The notes under the pieces were generated by a model. The model made no database searches, was not told the DNA's origin, and saw nothing but the letters and a program-made list of their open reading frames with translations. Shown piece after piece: positions 1-8,067 of a DNA stretch of 64,000 bases. Where the stretch lies: the NCBI GenBank assembly GCA_964538885.1, contig CAZIHR010000018.1, positions 9,811 through 73,810 of the forward strand, in the 5' to 3' direction. Source of the stretch: an uncultured Nitrosopumilaceae archaeon. Its GTDB lineage: Archaea > Thermoproteota > Nitrososphaeria > Nitrososphaerales > Nitrosopumilaceae. Position 1 is the stretch's first letter. Each line of letters begins with the position of its first letter. The translations under genes and the position numbers were made by a program.

Positions 1-476
1 ATCATTGGTAGCGTAATCAATGTCCACCGATCCATTGGGAGTAGTTTTGGGATGACTGACAGCGCGTTCAAGTCAAATGTGAACAAGTGTGATACTGCCA
101 AGGAAACTACAGTCTGTGTATGTCTAGTGTCTGCATCAGTGAACAGTAGCAGGTCACCGGTGGCTCTTCTGACACCTTCCATACATGCCCAATTTTTACC
201 CATCCATCCAACAGGCTTTGGCCTTGCGGTGACTGAAATTATCTTGGAATCCATGGCTGCAAGCTCATTTATGATATCGCCTGTCTTATCTTCCGATGAA
301 TCATTGATTACAATGATCTCGTAGTTGTTATAGTCTTGACTTGATAGTGATTCTAAACATCTTTTGATGAACCTTTCTTCGTTTCTTGCAGGTACTATAA
401 TTGACACTTTAGGATTGGAGTGTACTTTTTTGTGGAACTTGTCCAGATATGGTGTATGTGCAAATGATTCCATCAT
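1..476 (-). CDS. glycosyltransferase family 2 (N-terminal part; 3' end lies beyond the left window edge)
   Basis: Hand translation of the minus strand gives MMESFAHTPYLDKFHKKVHSNPKVSIIVPARNEERFIKRCLESLSSQDYNNYEIIVINDSSEDKTGDIINELAAMDSKIISVTARPKPVGWMGKNWAC... This is the typical GT2 N-terminal signature (SIIVP-x-x-NEE, IIVINDxSxD). The ORF is open to position 1, so it is absent from the ORF track. The start (ATG 474-476) is uncertain. Confidence 0.7.
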   Translation of the reverse strand, partial: MMESFAHTPYLDKFHKKVHSNPKVSIIVPARNEERFIKRCLESLSSQDYNNYEIIVINDSSEDKTGDIINELAAMDSKIISVTARPKPVGWMGKNWACMEGVRRATGDLLLFTDADTRHTQTVVSLAVSHLFTFDLNALSVIPKLLPMDRWTLITLPM

Positions 477-566
477 TGACTTTATCAAATATATCCATGT
501 TCCTGCTACCCCCACCATGGTTGCTACTAGTGCGTAGTTGAGTACATCTATTGGTGACATCAGTCA

Positions 567-1007
567 TCACTCTAATTCTTTTTTGATGTTTTGTAATGCC
601 AGTTCGGTACCGCTTTTGACGTGTTTTTTTATCATACCTGTAAATATATTCATCATTCCAGTCAGTTTGATGTCCCATGTCACTTTCAGGTTAGTTTTTT
701 CGCCGTGCGGTACAAGAGTGATTATTTTACTACCGCCAATTATTCCTTTTGTAAATACTGCCTCAACTTTTTCTTCTGGAACCAAGCTTACCGTCTGAAT
801 GCATTTCTGGTCTCTAAATGCTATTGTGATCTCCCTCTCTACAGTGTTTCCATTTTTGGATATGTTTCTGATCTCCTTTGTGCCTTTCCAAAACTTGGTT
901 TCGTTGTCTATGTCTGAAATTACTTTCCAGACATTACTGGTAGTTGCGTTGATCTCTATACTGGACTCGATTTTTGCCATATCAAATCTATATGTTTTTG
1001 GTAGCAA
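567..1007 (-). CDS. SRPBCC/START-like (polyketide cyclase/dehydrase-type) small protein
   Basis: 146-aa ORF. The size and the N-terminal pattern I-x-I-x-A-x4-VW-x-V-x-D resemble SRPBCC ligand-binding proteins. Recognition is by eye only. Confidence 0.5.
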   Translation of the reverse strand: MLPKTYRFDMAKIESSIEINATTSNVWKVISDIDNETKFWKGTKEIRNISKNGNTVEREITIAFRDQKCIQTVSLVPEEKVEAVFTKGIIGGSKIITLVPHGEKTNLKVTWDIKLTGMMNIFTGMIKKHVKSGTELALQNIKKELE

Positions 1008-1313
1008 ATATATTAGATTCCTCTACAATTATGTGTTGGCTGTGATGGGCATTATACCTAAAATCCAGAACCGTAACTCCAGTTCTAATGGTAAATGCCA
1101 CTCTTCCGTCACAGTCTTTTGCTCTAAAATAATACTGACAAGATGTGAATTGTGGAATCAGAGCTGGTAACAATATGGTTTTTGAAAATTAGGCCAGTTA
1201 TTTGTACAAATTTACATCGTGACGATAAAAAATACTGTGAATTTATGTAGGATATTCATAGTGATGCAGACTAGAACCCATAATTCATTTAAGCATAGAT
1301 ATCAAGGAAATTC

Positions 1314-1640
1314 ATGGTAGACATAACTTATAGTGATTTTGCCAAACTGGATCTTCGAGTTGCCAAAATAGTCTCCGCAGAGCCAATTCTTGGCAAGACA
1401 AAGATCCTCAAGGGAACAATTGACTTGGGAACTGAGAAACGTGACGTGATAATTGGTGGTGCCCAGTATTATGTACCAAGTGATCTTGTTGGCAAAACAG
1501 TCATAGCTGTTGTTAATCTGGAACCAAAGACCTTGGTTGGTATACAGTCAAATGCAATGCTTCTGGCAGCCGATGTTGACGACAAACCCTTTTGGTTGAC
1601 GGTAAATGATGACGTGCCACTAGGAAGTCCAGTCAAGTAA
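1314..1640 (+). CDS. tRNA-binding OB-fold domain protein (Trbp111/CsaA/MetRS C-terminal-like)
   Basis: 108 aa. DFAKLDLRVAKIVSAEP...IDLGTEKRDVIIG...LVGKTVIAVVNLEPK matches the conserved tRNA-binding domain pattern. A TATA-like TTTAAG lies about 25 nt upstream of the ATG. Confidence 0.8.
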   Translation: MVDITYSDFAKLDLRVAKIVSAEPILGKTKILKGTIDLGTEKRDVIIGGAQYYVPSDLVGKTVIAVVNLEPKTLVGIQSNAMLLAADVDDKPFWLTVNDDVPLGSPVK

Positions 1641-1836
1641 TTTCATTTACAAATGGATTCATACGTCTGTATTGCATTCGAGCATGTCGTTTATCTGGCA
1701 TATGGCAAGTTGAAAGTTATACGTGGGAATACTCGGTAGATCTTTTCAATTTATCTTGAGTGATGCTCACAAATGATTTCATCTCTACCAATCATTTTCA
1801 TAGATATTGCAACGCAAATATTCTCTGATCGCCACT

Positions 1837-2295
1837 TTAGTATTTCGGTTTAGTGTGAAGCAGAAATCCCAATGTTATTATCATGACGATTCCAAATACA
1901 AGAACTAGATTCTCAAGATCAGCTTCACGATATAATTGGTTTGAAAATCCCTCTAGGATCATATTCAATAATTGAGCCGTAGATACTGATATCAATCCAA
2001 ACGAGATCGGCAAATATCTGCGAATTTTTCTTACCAGTAGGAATGGCAACATGGAAGCACCGCTAACTGCACCTCCCATGACATGAATTATCTGATTATC
2101 TGAATCTGAACATATCATGTAACTTGAAAGTAGGTTGAGCTCAATCACTTCAAAGCCTAACCACATGCATGCGATAACGTGTCCAACCTCATGCATAATT
2201 ACACTTGGGATAAGTATTGACATGCCAATAATTACATGTAACAATATTGTGTAAATTCTACATCTTGTGTATTGTTCCATGATGACTGTTAACAT
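1837..2295 (-). CDS. small polytopic membrane protein with an HExxH motif (putative membrane metalloprotease)
   Basis: 152 aa, about 4 hydrophobic segments, with MHEVGHV inside a TM segment. The family was not recognised further. Confidence 0.4.
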   Translation of the reverse strand: MLTVIMEQYTRCRIYTILLHVIIGMSILIPSVIMHEVGHVIACMWLGFEVIELNLLSSYMICSDSDNQIIHVMGGAVSGASMLPFLLVRKIRRYLPISFGLISVSTAQLLNMILEGFSNQLYREADLENLVLVFGIVMIITLGFLLHTKPKY

Positions 2296-2699
2296 ATCTA
2301 ATACCCTCTAAACGTATTTTGCAATCTCTTTGAGATGTCCTAGATTCTTCTGTATGGTGATACATGCAAATAAATTTGAACATGTTGGGCGGTGTCAATA
2401 ACTGTTAATGTTCTGCCTCATTTTCAGATGGTTTTTCTTGTCATATACTCAATCCATGCATAAAATTGACTAACTTTCAAAAACTATGTTAACAGTTACA
2501 CTAAAAACCTTGTGACTGACTCAAACACGTCCTCAAGTTGTGGAATCACGGCAAAATGTGTTGGAATCTATAGATTTTAGATGTTGTGCATGCATGATCT
2601 TGCATGTTGACATTAACAAGATGACATGCACAATTTAGGTCATGTTGCCTGTGCATACTTTTCTTGAATAATATTTCAAACAGATATTGGTGTGTCAAA

Positions 2700-3266
2700 T
2701 CAGTCATAGATCATAAGGTTCTTCTCTTCTAGAAGAGCATGTAGGTTGTTTACTGACCTGTATACGTCTGGTTCTTTCTTGGCTCCTGTGCATACAAGCT
2801 TCCCAGAGGAGAACAGCAGTATCACTGTCTTTGGGTCAAGCATTCTATGTATTAGTCCTGGAAACTGCTCTGGCTCGTACATGCTTCTGGGAAGAGTTCT
2901 TGCGGCCTGTTCAAGATGAATCTTTCCACCCAGATTGATTGACGCTACTATATTCTGTATCTCTACTACTGCATCCTTTTTTACTTTGATTCCACCTCTG
3001 CGCAGCTTTTGCACAACAGTCTTGACTGCTTTTTTTGCCATCTCTTCTGACTTTGAACCAGTACACACCATCTTGCCAGATGTAAAGATCAGGGTAGCGG
3101 TTTTTGGGTTCTTTAGTCTGAAAACCAGTCCGGGGAACTGGTCGGGATGATATTCTACATCGGGAAAGGTCTTCGTAATCTCATTCAGATCCATCTTCTG
3201 ATCAACCGATGCTGAGGCTACCACATTTTCTACGCTTACGATGGGCTTGGTCTGTGGCATATTCAT
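2700..3266 (-). CDS. tbp: TATA-box binding protein
   Basis: 188 aa with two internal repeats: ENVVASASVDQKMDL...FPGLVFRLKNPKTATLIFTSGKMVCTG and QNIVASINLGGKIHL...FPGLIHRMLDPKTVILLFSSGKLVCTG. Confidence 0.95.
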   Translation of the reverse strand: MNMPQTKPIVSVENVVASASVDQKMDLNEITKTFPDVEYHPDQFPGLVFRLKNPKTATLIFTSGKMVCTGSKSEEMAKKAVKTVVQKLRRGGIKVKKDAVVEIQNIVASINLGGKIHLEQAARTLPRSMYEPEQFPGLIHRMLDPKTVILLFSSGKLVCTGAKKEPDVYRSVNNLHALLEEKNLMIYD

Positions 3267-3401
3267 GTTTTTTCTATATTAACTATAATAAAAGCCCTCA
3301 CCATAGTATTTTCCTTTATTTTGGATTTTTTTCACTACTGCCTGAAATTATAGATGCCAAAATGACGAATGATTTAATTTGGCTACATTCAAGTCTGTCA
3401 C

Positions 3402-4523
3402 ATGGATTTTACAAATCTTGATTTTGATCAGTTATTCGGATTTGGCGATGACAGTAACCCCCTGATGATGTTAATATGGATTATACCAATAATTGTTTTT
3501 GTTTTCTATGGACAGAGAATACAGCTGCAGATAACTTCTGGGGAGATCAAAAAAGGAATTAAAAAACTGGATCTATACAGGACCGAATCTAGGAGGGATC
3601 TACTCGACTACATTCAAAAGACTGCCAGCCCGCAAAATGATCCGTCAGGCAAGATCGACAGATTTCTTGATTACTTTACAATTATGCCAGTTAACATGGA
3701 TCCACATGGAATAATGACAAAAATTCGACATGTGGTACGTTCTAGAGAGGATTACTCCAGAGAACATGTAAAGTCACTCTTTCCACATGTGGGCGATCTT
3801 GAGCTGACTCGTATTCAGACATTGCTTGAAATTGCAACCACACTACAAATGCTCCACAAGATCATCACACACATGTTCCTTACTGCCAAGAAACAGAATA
3901 ACTATCCGTTGATCCTACCACTGCAGATGATTCTTCCCTTCCTAATGGAAGAAGCTGAAGCTATGAAGAGTGCGATCCCTGCATTCAAAATGGGGCAACC
4001 CATAGGTGACGGGATCGGTCCTATGGTGGTGGGTAGTATGATGCTTGATACTAAAAAGGATCTAGTGTCCTTTCAGACTGTTCTTGGTATAACTGAATTT
4101 GATGGACGCAAGTTGTTCTTATTGAAAGCTGAGGGGCCAGGATCGACGGTGGGTCGACCTGGAGATGCTGTAGAATCCATCATCAAGAGAAATGACATAT
4201 CTGCTATAATTATGATTGATGCAGCACTGAAGATGGAGGGCGAGGACTCTGCTACCATTGCCCAAGGATTTGGTGCTGCTATAGGCGGCATTGGCACAGA
4301 AAGATATCAGATTGAGGAGATTGCGACAAAAAATGACATTCCGATATTTTCGCTTATCGTAAAACAGTCTGTCAAGGAAGCCATTACTCTGATGAGTAAA
4401 GAGATAGCATTTCAAGCAGATCATGTACGAGCTCGTGTATATGAAATGATCCATGATAATACGAAACAAGAACAGTCCGTGTTGGTGATAGGTGTAGGAA
4501 ACACAGTTGGAGTACCACAATGA
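3402..4523 (+). CDS. archaeal membrane-anchored protein of unknown function (resembles DUF1512 as I recall it)
   Basis: 373 aa with one N-terminal TM segment (LMMLIWIIPIIVFVFYG) and a C-terminal globular part with GFGAAIGGIG. The family name is from memory and is not verified. Confidence 0.45.
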   Translation: MDFTNLDFDQLFGFGDDSNPLMMLIWIIPIIVFVFYGQRIQLQITSGEIKKGIKKLDLYRTESRRDLLDYIQKTASPQNDPSGKIDRFLDYFTIMPVNMDPHGIMTKIRHVVRSREDYSREHVKSLFPHVGDLELTRIQTLLEIATTLQMLHKIITHMFLTAKKQNNYPLILPLQMILPFLMEEAEAMKSAIPAFKMGQPIGDGIGPMVVGSMMLDTKKDLVSFQTVLGITEFDGRKLFLLKAEGPGSTVGRPGDAVESIIKRNDISAIIMIDAALKMEGEDSATIAQGFGAAIGGIGTERYQIEEIATKNDIPIFSLIVKQSVKEAITLMSKEIAFQADHVRARVYEMIHDNTKQEQSVLVIGVGNTVGVPQ

Positions 4524-4699
4524 TATTCTCCAAGGAAAAAATCACTATTGCATATACTGTTGAAAAATGCTTTCAGTGCGGTACGGAAAGAAAGAGAGAG
4601 TTTGTGGAAGGTGATGTCCTATTCACCAAAACGATAAAGTGCAATTCTTGCGACAATATGGTTGTTATAGACAAAATTTTTGGTGAAATAATCGAGTAA
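4520..4699 (+). CDS. 59-aa zinc-ribbon protein (CxxC...CxxC), translationally coupled to the upstream gene
   Basis: Hand translation: MIFSKEKITIAYTVEKCFQCGTERKREFVEGDVLFTKTIKCNSCDNMVVIDKIFGEIIE. Its ATG overlaps the upstream TGA (ATGA at 4520-4523). It is below the size cutoff of the ORF track. Confidence 0.5.
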   Translation: MIFSKEKITIAYTVEKCFQCGTERKREFVEGDVLFTKTIKCNSCDNMVVIDKIFGEIIE

Positions 4700-4953
4700 A
4701 TGACCTACTAGATATTTCCTCTGCATTGCCTTTTAGTTACATACTGTGTGGTGACTGATATGGATATTAGACAATCTTAGGCACGTCGACCCAACCACAA
4801 CTTGGCATACTATACACAACTCTTCATCATACCAACTGCCTTATACAGCACGTTTGTCATCCTAATTTGTAGCATTTACCCCTCATAAATGGGTTGTACT
4901 CTATATGGTATTGTTTTGTAACTATACTAATTGACAAACTTTTGCTTTGATTT

Positions 4954-6582
4954 ATGGTAGCATGGGCTTTTCAACAAATCTATAAACTGCTATGGTGCTG
5001 TATAATTATGCATGATGTATTAAATTCCTACTTGCATGATATGGTTCGTGTATGTCGATCTCACAACTTGTTGCCGTTACTCTTGATTGCAATTTCTGTT
5101 ACTTTGCTTGTAGTCACCCTGCCAGATGACACGTTGGCTAGTTATTACAAGGCCCCAACCAAACCAACCAATCTTACTATAATACCTGCAAATGAGTCTG
5201 TCGAGTTATCTTGGAATGCCCCTACATATTCAGGAAGCTCCGACATCATTGACTATAAAATATTTTACAAAGAGGCCAGCATGAATATTGCCCAGTGGAT
5301 CAGAGTTAATGATGGAGTAAATACAAATACGACTGTAAAAATAGATGGTCTGAATAACGGTACATATTATTACTTTGCAGTATCAGCCATGAATGAAGTA
5401 CGTACCAGTGTTTCGGCTCGTACGTCAGGCACACCAGGAATCCCGGGTGCGCCTACTGAGTTGTTAACCATAAGCAGAGACTCACATGTGAGAGTATCTT
5501 GGAAACCTCATGATGTCACCGGTGGCTCTGCCCTATCTGATTTTATAATTCAATACAAGAAAAATACTGATAGTGAGTTCATTACTTTTGAAGATGGAAA
5601 AAGCACAAACGATTGGGCAGTTGTGACAGGTCTTACCAATGGCATCACCTATGATTTTCGAATTGCAGCAAGGAACCAAGCGAATCAGGGAACGTGGTCC
5701 GTCACGGTTGCTGCCACGCCAGGAACCGTACCTAGCGTCCCGACCGAATTGACAGCTATATCTGGTGATGGTTCTGTAAAGCTCTCATGGACGACACCCG
5801 TAGATATCGGCGGCTCCAGCATAACCGAGTATACTGTAACGCGTAGATACCATGAATCAGGTATCACTTCAGCATGGTATATTGTCTGGAACGGCAAGAA
5901 CACCACTGCTACAGTATCAGATCTAGTAAACGGTAGACACTACGAATTTAGTGTGGCCGCACTTAATTCCTACGGTATGGGGCCAAGTACTAGTGCGTCG
6001 GCCATCGCAGGGGCACCAGGCATCCCGACGGATCTGAAAGCCATCGCAGGATTTGAGCAGGTCACCCTCTCTTGGACGGTCCCTACAAACAACGGTGGCT
6101 CTGCCATAACTGATTATGTGGTGCAGTATAGAGTAGGCACTAATGAATTCCAAACGTTTGCCGATAAGAAGAATACATCCACTACAGTAACTATAACTGA
6201 CTTGGATCCGGGATTGGAATATTCATTCAGGGTCGCGGCAGTCAATGATTTAGCCACCGGATTCTGGTCATATACAGCATCTGCAACGCCTAAATCGAGC
6301 GTGCCTGGCTATGTGACTGGTGTATGGGCGGACACTAGTATTACCTTACAGACTACTCTACACTGGAAAGCTCCCACTTACACGGGTATCTCTGACATAA
6401 CTGATTATACAATACAGTACAAACAAGAGGATGCAAAAGTGTGGACCTCACTCAACGACGACATATCTACGAACACAACAGCTACTGTGACAGGCTTGAC
6501 TGAAAATGTGACGTACGAATACAGGATTGCAGCAGTAAACTCTGCAGGTGCGGGGCCCTGGTTTGTCATCCTTGTTTTGTAG
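4954..6582 (+). CDS. secreted/surface protein with five tandem fibronectin type III domains
   Basis: Five repeats of the pattern P-T-x-L-x6-V-x-L-S-W-x-x-P-x3-G-x-S-x-I-x-D-Y-x-I-x-Y, each followed by Y-x-F-x-V/I-A-A-x-N. There is an N-terminal hydrophobic anchor (LLPLLLIAISVTLLVV). The real start is probably an internal Met (MHDV or MVRV). Confidence 0.8.
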   Translation: MVAWAFQQIYKLLWCCIIMHDVLNSYLHDMVRVCRSHNLLPLLLIAISVTLLVVTLPDDTLASYYKAPTKPTNLTIIPANESVELSWNAPTYSGSSDIIDYKIFYKEASMNIAQWIRVNDGVNTNTTVKIDGLNNGTYYYFAVSAMNEVRTSVSARTSGTPGIPGAPTELLTISRDSHVRVSWKPHDVTGGSALSDFIIQYKKNTDSEFITFEDGKSTNDWAVVTGLTNGITYDFRIAARNQANQGTWSVTVAATPGTVPSVPTELTAISGDGSVKLSWTTPVDIGGSSITEYTVTRRYHESGITSAWYIVWNGKNTTATVSDLVNGRHYEFSVAALNSYGMGPSTSASAIAGAPGIPTDLKAIAGFEQVTLSWTVPTNNGGSAITDYVVQYRVGTNEFQTFADKKNTSTTVTITDLDPGLEYSFRVAAVNDLATGFWSYTASATPKSSVPGYVTGVWADTSITLQTTLHWKAPTYTGISDITDYTIQYKQEDAKVWTSLNDDISTNTTATVTGLTENVTYEYRIAAVNSAGAGPWFVILVL

Positions 6583-6711
6583 TGAATAAAAGCGGTTCTC
6601 AATTTTCTGTTTTTACAAGCTTTTGATTCAACCTTCAAAAGTATATCATTTACACTGCATACATTTTTTGCAGCTGGATATGTGATATTTATCATACAAC
6701 TTTAGATACAC

Positions 6712-7671
6712 TTAGGTATGTCTGCCTGTGGCGGGAACTTGGTATGTGGTAATCGTGACTCCGTTATCATTTGGAATAAAAGTGTGTTCTGCCTGCGCTA
6801 CATTCTGTCCGTTTATCTCGATCAGTATCGGATATGCTTGAATTGCTTTTTTCTTGACCAAGTAATTCAGCAACTCATTAGCTTTTCTGACATCCCATTT
6901 TTTTGTAAGCCATCTTAGTGCAAATGGCAACATGTTAAATTCTTTCCATATGTAATCCAAAAGTTCGTCTGCTTCTTTATCTTTCGTCTTCTTTCTTGTA
7001 TTCAACGCAAAGATATTTTTGATTTTTCCATTCCTTACAAATCCGCCTCCCTCTGCTGTGGTCACAAATGGCTCACACGCGTATGCTGAATCTCCAGACA
7101 ATAAAAAACCCCCAAATATATGCATGTTTGGAATTGTTTTGCCTGCGTGGATGGTGTATCTGTCCAATGAGTGTCCGCTGAGATTTGCAATTGGCTTAAA
7201 GCCCATTTTTTTGATGGATGTCTCTATCGTTCTACCTACATCACTTGCCTTGACCCCTGTTTTAATCATGGACATTGCTCTGCTTAACGCGTCCTCTGCA
7301 GCTTGTATAATCCTACTAAAGCTTATGTCGTTGCATATGGTCACCGCCGTATCTGCAATGTATCCGTTAATGTGTGCCCCTAGATCTATTTTTACAAGAT
7401 CTGTGTCCTTGATTACTATGGGATCGTCAGGTTCTGCAGTATAGTGGGCTGCAACTTCGTTGATACTTGCATTAACTGGAAACGCGCATTTTGCACCCCT
7501 TTTGATTATCTCGCCTTCGATCTCCTCACATATCTCGTAGACCGTTCTCCCAACAAGATTCTTCTTTCTTACATCTTCCCTGACTTCTCCTGCAATCCTT
7601 CCTGCTTTGAGATAATCTTCTGTCTGCACGACTCTGTTTGCCGACGTGCCTTTAAAATGGTTGTCTGTCAA
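6712..7671 (-). CDS. map: methionine aminopeptidase, type 2 (archaeal)
   Basis: 319 aa. Metal-ligand context VAAHYTAEPDD, KIDLGAHINGYIADTA, SGHSL, CEPF and AQAEHT is typical of type-2 MetAP. Confidence 0.9.
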   Translation of the reverse strand: MTDNHFKGTSANRVVQTEDYLKAGRIAGEVREDVRKKNLVGRTVYEICEEIEGEIIKRGAKCAFPVNASINEVAAHYTAEPDDPIVIKDTDLVKIDLGAHINGYIADTAVTICNDISFSRIIQAAEDALSRAMSMIKTGVKASDVGRTIETSIKKMGFKPIANLSGHSLDRYTIHAGKTIPNMHIFGGFLLSGDSAYACEPFVTTAEGGGFVRNGKIKNIFALNTRKKTKDKEADELLDYIWKEFNMLPFALRWLTKKWDVRKANELLNYLVKKKAIQAYPILIEINGQNVAQAEHTFIPNDNGVTITTYQVPATGRHT

Positions 7672-7672
7672 G

Positions 7673-7680
7673 CTTAAATT
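7673..7680 (+). promoter_or_regulatory. TATA-like box for tRNA-Pro
   Basis: CTTAAATT is centred about 25 nt upstream of the tRNA 5' end. Confidence 0.4.
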
Positions 7681-7701
7681 GGGTCATCCTTACGGGTTAC
7701 T

Positions 7702-7778
7702 GGGATCGTAGTCTAGCTTGGTATGATTCTGCGTTTGGGACGCAGAGGTCGCGCGTTCAAATCTCGCCGGTCCCACCA
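7702..7778 (+). tRNA. tRNA-Pro (anticodon UGG), CCA encoded
   Basis: Folded by hand. Acceptor is GGGATCG/CGGTCCC. The anticodon arm is CTGCG-TTTGGGA-CGCAG (anticodon TGG). The T arm is GCGCG-TTCAAAT-CTCGC (one C-U mismatch). Discriminator is A followed by CCA. Length 77 nt. Confidence 0.85.
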
Positions 7779-8067
7779 TGATCACTACCTTCTTATCGAG
7801 TAATATGTCCCAAGAGTCTGCCGGGCAATGAAGATGAGTTAGAGTTGCGATTTTTGATGAAATGATTTGTGAATACTGAGCCACGGCATGATTTGTAATT
7901 GTGCTAATCTGTACTTTGTAAATAGTGGTGACTGGCATGTTTGTGCCTATATCTACACATTTTTACGGTTGACTCCCACTAATCCGACGCTCTCATACAT
8001 ATGACTTTAACAACTAGCTCAACTTTTACTCAATTTCACTCTAAAATGACTCTGTTGCCACTGTTAG

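Noticed and set aside
52-798. Plus- and minus-strand track ORFs 52..324, 409..678, 538..798 and 621..917
   Set aside because: They overlap the hand-translated GT2 gene (1..476, minus) or the SRPBCC gene in other frames or strands and lack motifs.
7853-7912. Second C/D-like arrangement upstream of the LTD protein gene: TGATGA-15 nt-CTGA-9 nt-TGATTT-14 nt-CTGT
   Set aside because: The terminal D box is degenerate (CTGT), and the guide spacers are 14-15 nt rather than the usual 12. It is probably chance in AT-rich sequence.
7690-7938. 82-aa minus-strand ORF from the track
   Set aside because: Its 3' part is simply the reverse complement of tRNA-Pro (7702..7778). It has no motif or promoter context, so it is spurious.
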